64,000 bases of DNA, taken from positions 3,448 through 67,447 of the forward strand of contig CAZINO010000001.1 in the NCBI GenBank assembly GCA_964540625.1. Reading direction: 5' to 3'. The position numbers and the translations under genes were made by a program. This stretch comes from an uncultured Lishizhenia sp. GTDB taxonomy: Bacteria; Bacteroidota; Bacteroidia; Flavobacteriales_D; Crocinitomicaceae. Of the stretch, positions 41,501 through 50,700 are shown piece by piece; position 1 is the first letter of the stretch; each line of letters begins with the position of its first letter. The notes under the pieces were generated by a model. It ran no database searches, was not told where the DNA came from, and was given only the letters and a program-made list of their open reading frames with translations.

Positions 41501-41839
41501 CTGAATCAATTTGGTTTTGCAGATAGCAGTTTTTCGAATGAATTTTGTTTGCCATACGACCCACTCATGTTTGTGCCAAATGCATTTACACCCGATGGCC
41601 TCAACCCTATCTTTTTACCGGTCGTTCAGAACGTAGACCCTGAAAAATATACCTTTAGTATCATTGATCGCTGGGGCAAAATCGTTTTCGAAACCTCAGA
41701 TCCGACCCAAGGATGGGATGGCATCATTAGCAGTTCTGGTCTTGCGGCTTCCAACGATGTGTTTCAATACCGCATTGAGCTCATCATTAATAAAACAGAC
41801 GCCATCGTCAAACAAGGCTACGTTACGCTCATCCGATGA
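38597..41839 (+). CDS. Giant secreted protein with T9SS type B (gliding motility-associated) C-terminal domain
   Basis: N-terminus SHVMGGEITYKHLGNNNYQFELVFYRDCNG. C-terminus FVPNAFTPDGLNPIFLP...IIDRWGKIVFE...GWDG...DVFQYRI...GYVTLIR. Confidence 0.85.
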   Translation: MPRAFIVFFFLFLAFVSHASHVMGGEITYKHLGNNNYQFELVFYRDCNGADVNAVSETLRVWNHPSLSTIPVLFVQRQDLSPSCTQVPGGAGPLLCGTGNNGGNGIGAIEKVIYRSAPVALTGAPPAQGWAFTYENFSRSGALTNLSNPSTYGITLVAKIFNLSQPDSSPVFNEDPNFVSCAGLPYQYNSAVSDPNLDSLHFEFGIPYDHFPTGAFNPPSNPAPIPFVSGFSYLSPTPGPAINASNTAAVLNPLNGNLTFNSFTVGNYALKIVVKAYRGGLLISETEREIQLVLQPCNSSNFPPVIAPPFAGGTSYELTVNAGDLVNFDLLITDPDTQINGSAQNITLEGNLPCAVGPCPSLNVGLPFTASGQIQTQFTWQTTCDHILDGQGQAQAQKTYHFVFKASDDVCPIPQVQYATITIHVLNTGIITAPEIACIQTNNANELNIYWPSITGSATAGFSAFQLYSIQNGLLADTLDVNATSFTIPPIFNSHDFYLTVASGCGGTFLSNSDTVKNIYLTLNNPNNGTAVLNWNKPKAQPSPQYASYYYIYREYPTNFFNFLDSVPYNQTSYTDTIDLCHEFLRYRVNLKTTTCNFNSNRPGDSLTDMMTPFIPVLYSVGFDTSTQQMQIQWNANAAPDTYGYVVYTYDANGFLIELDTIYGQNNTSYLYSVPFDGGPYTYTVAAFDSCFTSNNPPSFQTSAKANLHTSIHASYLIDMCPQRVDLTWSLYGGNTVISYEIWCKHNNTWALLGTSTDTTASINLVKNENYCIYIKANLQNGYFAFSNPMCFLMPQPTPPAFHYFSVASVKGKDIELKAWVDQSVGITSVLFERKDTNGVWAPIGEGPILNNNAYLLDDDVDPNWGPWTYRSMYIDSCGNPGAYANENTTIFVQGSADQYNMINDLNWTPYTLFNGGIANYKIYRNTYGTWESVPFQILPDGSFSLTDDVSQMRNKGEVCYQVMALENLNQFGFADSSFSNEFCLPYDPLMFVPNAFTPDGLNPIFLPVVQNVDPEKYTFSIIDRWGKIVFETSDPTQGWDGIISSSGLAASNDVFQYRIELIINKTDAIVKQGYVTLIR

Positions 41840-42810
41840 ATTTAGACCGTATTCTCGTTATTCAGACCGCATTCTTAGGAGATGTAATTCTAGCCTCCGT
41901 TGTGTGGGAAAACCTTCATCGAAAATATCCGCTTGCACAAATTGATGTCGTGGTTAAAAAAGGAAATGAGAGCCTACTGCATGCGCATCCGTTTATCAAA
42001 GAAGTTTTCATCTTTGACAAACAACATAAATTCAAGAATTTATTGGGTCTAGGTAAAACTTTACGAGAAAAAAAATACGACCTCATTATCAATTTACAAC
42101 GCTTTGCGAGTTCAGGTCTCTTGACACTTTTGGCCGGCGGCAAAGAAAGTCGTGGGTTCAAGAAGAATCCGTTATCTATCTTTTATTCAAAAAGATTTGC
42201 ACACGAACTTAAAGCCAATTGGCACGAAGTCGATCGGAATCTACAGCTCATTGCTGACTTAATCGAGACACCTATTCGTCGGCCGCAACTCTACCCTAGT
42301 CATTTCGATCGAGACAAGGTAAAAGCGTTGCAAAACAACACATATTACTGTTTGGCGCCAACAAGTGTTTGGTTTACCAAACAAGCACCGGAACACATTT
42401 GGCTTCAATTAATTGAAAAATTAAATCAACCCAATATCACCTTTTATCTTTTGGGGGCGCCTTCGGACTACAAAACGCTTGAGGCACTTAAAATCAAAGC
42501 GCCTGATGCCCATGTAGTGAATTTAGCTGGCGAACTTTCGCTATTGCAATCAGCTGCACTTATGGTAGGCGCTCAGCGCAGTTTTGTCAACGACTCAGGA
42601 CCCTTACATTTGGCTTCTGCAACCAATGCGCCCGTAACTGCTTTTTTCTGTTCAACTGTACCAGAATTCGGGTTTGGACCGCTTTCTGATAACGCTCAGC
42701 TGATAGAAGTTCAAAATTTAGCCTGCAGACCTTGTGGTTTACACGGATACAAATCTTGCCCTAAAGGACATTTTAAATGTGGTTTTGATTTAGTCGTACC
42801 TACTGTTTAA
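41836..42810 (+). CDS. Glycosyltransferase family 9 (LPS heptosyltransferase-like)
   Basis: ILVIQTAFLGDVIL...GAPSD...LAGELSLLQSAALM...VNDSGPLHLASA. ATGA start/stop overlap with the 1080-aa T9SS gene. Confidence 0.78.
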   Translation: MNLDRILVIQTAFLGDVILASVVWENLHRKYPLAQIDVVVKKGNESLLHAHPFIKEVFIFDKQHKFKNLLGLGKTLREKKYDLIINLQRFASSGLLTLLAGGKESRGFKKNPLSIFYSKRFAHELKANWHEVDRNLQLIADLIETPIRRPQLYPSHFDRDKVKALQNNTYYCLAPTSVWFTKQAPEHIWLQLIEKLNQPNITFYLLGAPSDYKTLEALKIKAPDAHVVNLAGELSLLQSAALMVGAQRSFVNDSGPLHLASATNAPVTAFFCSTVPEFGFGPLSDNAQLIEVQNLACRPCGLHGYKSCPKGHFKCGFDLVVPTV

Positions 42811-43307
42811 GCACCCAACGGAAAAGCCGGGTCTGAGAGCTGCTCTTTTTCAAGTGCCGTCAACTGCAAGTCGTTAGCGATGGAACGCACGCTAGGAAGA
42901 ACAGATAAATAAACAACTAAAGAAATGAAAGCCATCGCTAAATATAGCGGATTATCGGTAAGAAAATAGGCAGCCAAAACCATTAAATTTGGTCCTTCTA
43001 AAAGTGCAAATCTGGTCATCAGTGCCGACTTATAACAATCTAATTTCTGTTTAAAAACGGTTTTTTCATTGACCATTTGCAGACGTTGTTTAAAGATAAG
43101 TTGCGAGGCAATGAGGCCGCCAAGGGCGACGGTTGGAATAAAATAGACCATGATGTCATTGGGATGAAACCTTCCAAAATCAATAGGTTGGCGCCAATTG
43201 ACTAAAAAAGCAAAAAGGGCCACGCCTGTTTGCACAGCAAAAATGGTCCAGTAGGTCAGGCGGGTACTACGGAGGTAACCTCCGCTGGTTTGAATAAATG
43301 TTGCCAT
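42807..43307 (-). CDS. Hypothetical membrane protein (4 predicted TM helices)
   Basis: Hydrophobic segments YWTIFAVQTGVALFAFLV, VYFIPTVALGGLIASQLIF, LMVLAAYFL and LYLAMAFISLVVYLSVL. No family recognised. Confidence 0.45.
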   Translation of the reverse strand: MATFIQTSGGYLRSTRLTYWTIFAVQTGVALFAFLVNWRQPIDFGRFHPNDIMVYFIPTVALGGLIASQLIFKQRLQMVNEKTVFKQKLDCYKSALMTRFALLEGPNLMVLAAYFLTDNPLYLAMAFISLVVYLSVLPSVRSIANDLQLTALEKEQLSDPAFPLGA

Positions 43308-43368
43308 AGTTTGTTAATTTTAACGTAGTTGAGTATGAAAGCTTTAGCTACTACTAAAATAGAAATTT

Positions 43369-44721
43369 CTAGCAAATTTCAACCTGCTGACCACGCACCT
43401 CTGAAAAAACTTGTCCGTCATTATACACGAGTTGACCATTTACAAAAGTTTTTTCGATGGTTGCCGAAAAGGTATGCCCTTCAAAAACTGACCATCCGCA
43501 TTTGGAGAATAATTGCTCTTTGGAGACTTTAAATGGTGTTTGTAAATCGACCAAAACACAATCAGCAAAATAGCCCTCTTTGATAAAACCGCGTCCTTGA
43601 ATTCCGTAAAATAAAGCGGGGTTCTCGCAGGTCTTCTCGACAATTTTTTCCAAACTAAAAAAGCCAGCCTCAGCTAAACTCAGAAGCATTTGCAATAAAT
43701 GCTGAACCATCGGACCTCCGGATTTTGATTGCATATAAGGCTGCTCCTTTTCTTCTAAAGTATGTGGAGAATGATCTGTGGTAATAAAGTCAATATAGTT
43801 TTCATTGAGCGCCTTGATTAAACCCAGTCGATCAGCTTTTGTCTTGATAGATGGATTGTATTTAATTTTTGGTCCAAAGCGCTGGTAATCTTCTTGAGAA
43901 AAAAACAAATGCGGGATACTCACTTCGCATGTTTGCCGCTTCTGATGAAGTGGCAACTCGTTGTCAAACAACAACGCCTCCTTATAGGTCGTAAGGTGCA
44001 AAATATGTAACCTGGCATTGTGTTTTTTAGCCAAATCAAGACATCTTTTGGTCGCTACATAACAAGCCTCCTCTGATCGAATTTGGGCATGTGCATCAAA
44101 GGGGATGTTTTGGCCATACTGCGCACTGTAGGCTATTTCATTTTGTTCAATTATGGCTGAATCCTCACTGTGTATGGCAACAATGCGATCGGTTTGCTGC
44201 CAAACTTGTTCAAAGGCCTCCGGATGATCTGCCAACAATTGATTGGCACCTGAAAAATAGAGTCCGTCATCGGTGAGTGCAACAAAGCGTTTGTCTGAGA
44301 GATCGTAATCTGCAAGTAGCGCTAGATTGCTGGCCGAAACACCAAGAAAGACGCCATAATTACAAAGTGAATTTGCTTTTGCAAGTGCCAATTTCTCTTG
44401 AACCAGAGCCGGGCTCAGTGTTGGCGGATCGGTATTGGGCATATCAAAAACGGTTGTAACGCCGCCCGCTACCGCAGCGGCACTTTCCGTTGCCCAGGTC
44501 GCTTTATAACTTAGACCGGGTTCCCGAAAGTGGACATGCGTATCAATAAGCCCTGGAAATAAATATTTTCCTTTAGCATCGATGATGGTTTCATTGGCTT
44601 CTGGAACTATATGAGTCGCTATTGCCGAAAACTTATTATCAGAAATACGGACATCGCAAATCCGGATTCCTTCGGAGCAAACGATATTTGCCTCCTTTAT
44701 TAAAAATGAACTCAAATTCAT
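43369..44721 (-). CDS. pyrC: Dihydroorotase-like cyclic amidohydrolase
   Basis: GLIDTHVHFREPG, FDMPNT, TTDHSPH. 450 aa. Dihydroorotase cannot be separated from allantoinase or hydantoinase by eye. Confidence 0.8.
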   Translation of the reverse strand: MNLSSFLIKEANIVCSEGIRICDVRISDNKFSAIATHIVPEANETIIDAKGKYLFPGLIDTHVHFREPGLSYKATWATESAAAVAGGVTTVFDMPNTDPPTLSPALVQEKLALAKANSLCNYGVFLGVSASNLALLADYDLSDKRFVALTDDGLYFSGANQLLADHPEAFEQVWQQTDRIVAIHSEDSAIIEQNEIAYSAQYGQNIPFDAHAQIRSEEACYVATKRCLDLAKKHNARLHILHLTTYKEALLFDNELPLHQKRQTCEVSIPHLFFSQEDYQRFGPKIKYNPSIKTKADRLGLIKALNENYIDFITTDHSPHTLEEKEQPYMQSKSGGPMVQHLLQMLLSLAEAGFFSLEKIVEKTCENPALFYGIQGRGFIKEGYFADCVLVDLQTPFKVSKEQLFSKCGWSVFEGHTFSATIEKTFVNGQLVYNDGQVFSEVRGQQVEIC

Positions 44722-44864
44722 TTCGCTTGACTTTTATTAATTCTTTTGAGCATAAAAAGAGATACCATAACAGTAAATGCCGCTAACAGCGAAGACCACC
44801 ATTGTGCATCGTTCAGAACAGCCAAGATCATCAATAAAAACAAAGCCAAAAGAAGGATTTTCAT
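44718..44864 (-). CDS. Possible small membrane protein (48 aa)
   Basis: My translation: MKILLLALFLLMILAVLNDAQWWSSLLAAFTVMVSLFMLKRINKSQAK. It fills the icd-pyrC gap, and its stop overlaps the pyrC start (ATGA). Below the ORF-track size cut-off. Confidence 0.3.
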   Translation of the reverse strand: MKILLLALFLLMILAVLNDAQWWSSLLAAFTVMVSLFMLKRINKSQAK

Positions 44865-44873
44865 GTCTCAATT

Positions 44874-46310
44874 CTACTGACCTTGCCCCAATGAATAAGC
44901 CGCTTTTCCGTTGAAGGCATACAAATTCTCTGTCTTGACCACGTCGATACCCGCAGTTTCAGAAGCACTGAGTAAGTCAATAATGCCGTTTTTAGTGGCC
45001 TGCTCGGCATTTTTAGCCATGAAACGACAGCGCCAGTGATCAGTGCAGAATGTCTCCGGAAAGCCTCCGGGATAAACTTTTATTCCTCGGTTGGTGATCA
45101 GCGCCAATTCAAATTCAGAAGAAGCAATTGTTTTCAGTTTTTCGGCCAATTTATCGACCTCAGTGCCTGACCAGTGCACAAATAAATCAATGCCCTGAAG
45201 TGTTTTTTGCTTCGGTGCTTTGCGCTCGTATTTCGGCAATTGAATTCTGGCATTCTCTCGGTAAGCCACTGCCGGGAAATTTTGTGGCACCTGCCCTAAA
45301 TTGGCAATCACTGCCGCAGCAAATTCTTGCGTATTGACACGCTGAGAACTCACCCCTTCTTTGTAAATATCAAAAGTATGAATGCCGTCTTCTATGGTTT
45401 TAAGCCAAGCGTTTTGGATTTTTTCGGCAATTTGTGTTTGACCTACGTGACTAAGCATTTGAACCGCACCAAGTAGTAAACCTGACGGATTGGCAATACC
45501 TTGGCCCGCAATCATAGGTGCAGATCCATGAATGGCTTCAAACATAGCGCATTCTTCGCCGATATTGGCAGAACCCGCTAAACCAACAGAACCTGCAATC
45601 TCTGCAGCAATATCAGAAATGATGTCTCCGTAAAGATTGAGCGTGACGATCACTTCAAAATCTTGAGGTGCGTCGGCCAATTTCGCTGCGCCAATGTCGA
45701 TGATCCAGTGGTCGTTGGCAATTTCAGGGTATTCTGCAGCAATTTCATTAAAGACCTCTCTGAACAAACCGTCGGTCTGCTTCATGATGTTGTCTTTGGT
45801 GAAGCAGGTTACCTTTTTGCGGCCATAAAGTTTGGCATATTCAAAAGCATAGCGGATAATTTTCTCACAACCAGGGCGGCTAATAAGTTTCAAGCACTGC
45901 ACGACCTCATCTGTTTGCTGGTGCTCAATACCAGCATAAAGGTCTTCTTCGTTTTCACGAATAATTACCAAATCCATTTTCGGATGTTTGGTAGACACAT
46001 ACGGATGCAAACTAAAACAAGGACGGATATTGGCATACAAACCCAGAAACTTGCGTGTAGAAACGTTCAAGCTCTTGTAACCGCCACCCTGAGGTGTAGT
46101 TATGGGGGCTTTTAAAAATACTTTGTTGCGTCTGATGGTATCCCAGGCTTCTGGACTGATTCCGGCGGTATTGCCTGCCAAATATACCTTCTCTCCAATC
46201 TCAATTTCATCGTAAGCCAACTGCGCGCCAGCTGCTTCTAGTATAGAAAGTGTGGCATCCATGATTTCTGGCCCGATGCCATCCCCTTTTGCTATCGTAA
46301 TTCGTGTCAT
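44874..46310 (-). CDS. icd: NADP-dependent isocitrate dehydrogenase (about 480-aa dimeric type)
   Basis: ITIAKGDGIGPEIMDA, NLYGDIISD, GSVGLAGSANIGE, FEAIHGSAP. Start at ATG 46310 (MTRITIA). Confidence 0.9.
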   Translation of the reverse strand: MTRITIAKGDGIGPEIMDATLSILEAAGAQLAYDEIEIGEKVYLAGNTAGISPEAWDTIRRNKVFLKAPITTPQGGGYKSLNVSTRKFLGLYANIRPCFSLHPYVSTKHPKMDLVIIRENEEDLYAGIEHQQTDEVVQCLKLISRPGCEKIIRYAFEYAKLYGRKKVTCFTKDNIMKQTDGLFREVFNEIAAEYPEIANDHWIIDIGAAKLADAPQDFEVIVTLNLYGDIISDIAAEIAGSVGLAGSANIGEECAMFEAIHGSAPMIAGQGIANPSGLLLGAVQMLSHVGQTQIAEKIQNAWLKTIEDGIHTFDIYKEGVSSQRVNTQEFAAAVIANLGQVPQNFPAVAYRENARIQLPKYERKAPKQKTLQGIDLFVHWSGTEVDKLAEKLKTIASSEFELALITNRGIKVYPGGFPETFCTDHWRCRFMAKNAEQATKNGIIDLLSASETAGIDVVKTENLYAFNGKAAYSLGQGQ

Positions 46311-46380
46311 AAAAGTCAATTTTTTGGCAAAATTCACTTTTTTCTGTCATTTGGTTTTATTTATATGTTTTATGATGAAC

Positions 46381-46408
46381 ATAAAAAAAGCCATCCGAAG
46401 ATGGCTTT
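46381..46408 (-). terminator. Intrinsic terminator with cUUCGg tetraloop; left copy of a 29-nt identical direct repeat (46380-46408)
   Basis: Minus-strand RNA AAAGCCAUC-UUCG-GAUGGCUUU followed by U7. Identical in sequence to 61537-61565. Confidence 0.85.
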
Positions 46409-46415
46409 GGGAATT

Positions 46416-47639
46416 TTAATTTTTGATGAAGGGGTAGGGTTGGTTTTTTAAGTATAAGTTGTATTGGCCTGAGGCCAATCCATCAATTAGGATTACAGCT
46501 TTTAAGCCTGACTCAAATCCTTTCATGATACATTTTCCTGCCAAATCATAAATTTCATAACCTTCTATAGACCTATCTGAAATTACATGCAATTTACTAG
46601 CAGTAGGATTTGGATAGATCTCTAATTTCAACATTGAGGCCTCTTCTAATCCAATGGTTGAAATATTCGCAACAGCAGAATTCTGACAGCCGTTGTCTGC
46701 CGTAACAGTTAGCATCACCGGATAGGTATCCGCACCAGGAAAATTATGAGTTGGATTGGGTACAGTTGAAGAGGTACCATCGCCAAAATCCCAGGAATAA
46801 GTGGTGATGATACCGCCAGAAAATGTAGAGGTATTGGTAAAGATATACTCTGTTTGCGAAGAACCTTGAACAGTTGTAAAACTGGCAATAGGGCCTTCCA
46901 TAATTTCAATCGGAAGCGTTTGAGTATAAGTGCAACCATCAACGGTGTTTACTTCAAGTGTAACGACATAATTTCCAGCACTGGCATAATGCGTAGAGTC
47001 TGACTGCATGTTTGAGGTAGCACCATTACCAAAATCCCAGTTATAATTACTGATTTGCTTACCGGAATACAAAGAATCATAAGTAAATGTGATTTCGTTG
47101 TTTGTGCAAGTGGGTAAAGGGCTCGTCACTTGTATGGGCGCAGGAACTGGCGCAGTGAACTTATAGCTACTCACAATTCCGTCAAATAAAGTAGTCACAT
47201 TCGAAAAGTCTTGGCTATTGATTAAATTACATGCTGAAGAAAGCTGAAATGTAAGTTTAACCACTGGAATATTGATTGGGATATTAAAAGTTATAGAGGT
47301 ACCTGAGGACGTATTGCTTAGGTAAAAATTGGCTTGGTTAAAATTACTGAATGCATCTAAACCTGTAACCAATGAGGTGGTAGAAACATAGGTAAGTTCT
47401 GTTTGATTGAATTGAAACCAAAAATCAAAGGAGTTGATATTTGGGTTGCTTGATTTGAGTAGGACTGGTATTTCTATATAATTTGAACCCGCATTACTGT
47501 AATAATTGGCATTTAATATATCAAAGACAATTGTGTCGTTGAGGGCTTTATTTGATTGCGCAATAATTGGTTTAGAGGCTTGACCAAAAACATGGGCACT
47601 CATAAAAATAGCTGCTGCAAGTGATAAAATATTTTTCAT
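46416..47639 (-). CDS. Secreted protein: cohesin-like module + 2 PKD domains + T9SS type A sorting domain
   Basis: PKD motifs NWDFGNGATS...AGNYVVTLEVNTVDGC and SWDFGDGTSS...ADTYPVMLTVTADNGC. CTD LEIYPNPTASKLHV...GQYNLYLK. N-terminal module YIEIPVLLKSSNPNINSFDFWFQFNQTELTYVS. Confidence 0.8.
   Translation of the reverse strand: MKNILSLAAAIFMSAHVFGQASKPIIAQSNKALNDTIVFDILNANYYSNAGSNYIEIPVLLKSSNPNINSFDFWFQFNQTELTYVSTTSLVTGLDAFSNFNQANFYLSNTSSGTSITFNIPINIPVVKLTFQLSSACNLINSQDFSNVTTLFDGIVSSYKFTAPVPAPIQVTSPLPTCTNNEITFTYDSLYSGKQISNYNWDFGNGATSNMQSDSTHYASAGNYVVTLEVNTVDGCTYTQTLPIEIMEGPIASFTTVQGSSQTEYIFTNTSTFSGGIITTYSWDFGDGTSSTVPNPTHNFPGADTYPVMLTVTADNGCQNSAVANISTIGLEEASMLKLEIYPNPTASKLHVISDRSIEGYEIYDLAGKCIMKGFESGLKAVILIDGLASGQYNLYLKNQPYPFIKN
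47160..47540 (-). other. Cohesin-like module of the 407-aa protein (aa about 34-160)
   Basis: Pattern x-[IV]-x-IPV-x(8-12)-[IV]-x-x-[FY]-D-F-x-[FL]-x-[FY]-[DN]-x(3)-L, as in type I cohesins. By-eye call only. Confidence 0.4.
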
Positions 47640-47660
47640 CTTTTAAGTTTTTATTTACAA

Positions 47661-47687
47661 GAAAAGCCGCGTTCCGAAGAACGCGAC
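47661..47687 (-). terminator. Hairpin with cUUCGg tetraloop between the 1207-aa and 407-aa genes (terminator or attenuator)
   Basis: 7-bp stem cgcgttc (47668-47674) / gaacgcg (47679-47685). The minus-strand RNA loop is UUCG, followed by CUUUUCUU. It lies only 28 nt upstream of ATG 47639. Confidence 0.6.
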
Positions 47688-47714
47688 TTTTTTGTAAATG
47701 AGTTGATCAAATGA

Positions 47715-50700
47715 TTAATCAATAATAACCTTCTTCATTGTGCTGAAGTTTGCATTTTGTACGCGCACAAAATAAACTCCTGCATTTACGTTTGGAAGGG
47801 TAATTGCTAATTTACCTGAAGCTGGGATTTGACCAACTTCAGCAATTAAGCGGCCGTTCATGTCACAAACCGATACAGATGCACCTTCAACAGATTCAAC
47901 AGAGAATGTACCGTTGTTCGGGTTAGGATAAACTTGAACGTTCAACACATGTTGGATGGCTTCTGAAGATTTTGCAAACTTCATATCTACTGGCTTACCA
48001 TTCAAGATAGCAAGTTCAGTTTGGAAGTTTTTCTCAGATAATTGACCGTTTTCAGTGGTAACGATAAGTTCAGCTACATTGGCACCAGTTGCAAAGTTTG
48101 AAACATTGAAACCAGAGAAACGCAATGTCTGGTCAGCGTTGTTCATGAATGCAGTTGCCTCTGCAGTTTGGTCTAAAGACGCAACCTCTGAGTAGTTTGC
48201 ATTGTTGAATTTCACTGCAAAGTCTAAAGCATTTACTTGCTCAGTAGCTTCAAAAGAAACCGGGATGCGGAAAGTATTACCTTCTTGTTGAGCAGCAGTG
48301 AGGTCAAGAACAACAGCGCCTTCTGACTTCAACAATCCATCTGCAGTGTAGGTTGCATAGCTTGCGTTTACATCACCTAACATGATACCATAGTAAGTCT
48401 CTGTTTGGATTTCAGGACATGTTGCATAGTTACTCACGTTTGCAGCAATGCTGAAAGGAACGACTGGAACTTTTGCCTTCGAATACCCTACGTTATCGTT
48501 CGCTGGGAAAGTAGCTGAAATTTGGTAGGCAGCGTTACTTGTAGCTGTTGTTTTATCAACAAAGATCCAGTCTTTCGAAGGATGACCATTAGACACCCCA
48601 GCTGCAGAATAGTTCCAAGCCTGACGATACTCGGGAATAGCCAAAGTTGCACGTTGCTTGATTTGAGAAATATCACCAGCAGAAACAACACCATCTAGGT
48701 TGACATCAAGTGCAATGATCTGGTACACGTTTGGTGTAAAGCTACCATTCAACAACAATGTTTTGCCTAGAACGGCATCGGCAGCATTCACCAGCAACTG
48801 TACTGAGTTATTGTTAGAAATGTCACGAGAAATATTCAATTTCTGACCGTTGGTAAGTACGTGTGTAAATACGCCAGTAGTATTTGGCTGAACAGCTGTA
48901 GCAGAAATAAATGTAACTGGTGTTGCACTTAACGCAGCTGTTGTGGCAGTTGATAAGGTAACGGTAGTTCCTGAAATACTAGCCACAGTAGCGGTTGAAG
49001 GAACACCGTCGGCAACAACTTTCATACCAGCAACAACACCCGTAACAGTATTTGGAATAGTTAATGCAGTAGATGCAGAAGTAGCAGTTCCTGTTGTTGT
49101 AACGGCACCGTTAACGTTAGTAATCAAGAATGCGTTCGGGTTAGACGCGTTATACTTTATAGCTTGGTTATCAGACCAGAACAATAACGTGGCCGGGTAA
49201 TTCTGATCTTTGATAGAATACGCTTTGCCTGAATTAGCTGTTTTATTCAAAACTCCTGTAATGTAACTTTCTTGGATAGAAGAAATTGCAACAGTTGCTG
49301 AATCTAAACCTGCGAAAGCACTTGTTTTGGTAAACTGAACCGTGAAGATATCGGCGTTGGTTCCATTGAACTCAGCATTAGCTGGCGCATTACCGTTGAA
49401 GTTCAAAGAAATTTGCATGGTGCCGTTACTACCACTTGGTGTACCGATTGCAGTTGCGGTTTCAATATGCGAAGCATTTGAATAAAGTGTATTAGCTACA
49501 AATACATTTCCTGTAGGAGTCAATTTGGAAGCATCGTACGTAAGCGAAATGTCATAACCAATTACATTATCAACAGTGTATGTATTCGAAACGGCAACTG
49601 GCATTAAGTAGACCGTTTGATCACAGTTTTGAGTAACGTTTTTCACTTTGTATGGAAGCGCGTTCGGGTCAGCGATATCCAAAGTCACAGCAGCTGAAGT
49701 TGCTGTTGCTTGGAAGTTATCTGTTGCAATGGCAGTAAAAGTTTTGACACCTGGTGTGCTTGTCCAAGCATAAGACCAAGTATTACCAGATGTATTTGTA
49801 CCAGCTCCAACCAAGGTGCCGTTGACGTAGAAATTCACACCACTAATACCATCCACGTCTGTGGCTGTGGCCGTAATTGTAATTACTGTAGGGGCAGAAA
49901 TCAATTGGCTAGCTGTAGGATTTGTGAGTGTAACCGTTGGAGGGGTGTTTGCAATCACGTTCATAGAGGTTGTTGCAAAAGAACCTGTTAATCCAAGATT
50001 GTCTGTCGCTTTTGCTTGAACTGAATACGTACCATTCACGTTAGAAGGAACCGCATACGTTTTAGAATATGTACTACCTGAAAGCGTACCGTTACCGATT
50101 GACACAGAGTTAACAAAGAACTCAACAGATGCAACTGTACCATCGACGTCGTTAGCTGAACATGTAAAAGTAACGTTAGAACCTAGATAAGCTGTTGCCG
50201 GGGCAGTTAAGCTAGAAACGGTAGGCGCTTGGTTAGCCGCAACTGTAAAGTTATGGGCTGTAGATGTTGTAGTAGCACAATCATTGTCTGTTGCTTTGGC
50301 TGTAATCGCATGCGCACCATTTACAGAAGCAGTGTAAGAATAAGTGTAAGTTGAACCCGTGTTTGTAACTGTACCAGTTAATAACACACCATTATCATAG
50401 AATTCAACACCAGTAATAGTTCCGTTGTCGTTAGCAGTTGCGGTAAATGTCATTGACGTTCCTGTAATGATACCAGAAGTTGATGGCGATGAAGCCAAAG
50501 TAATTGTAGGAGGTGTATTTGCAACAAGCGTTAATGTTGAATGTGTGAAGTTTGTACTTCCACTTGGTGGATTAGAAGCATAATAGTTTTCAACAGCACC
50601 AGAGGTAGCATTTTGGATTTGAACATTTAATGCAAAGCTCAACTGACCAGTTGTTGTAAATTGGCCTATCAATACCATATTTGAAGATGTAGCACCAGTA

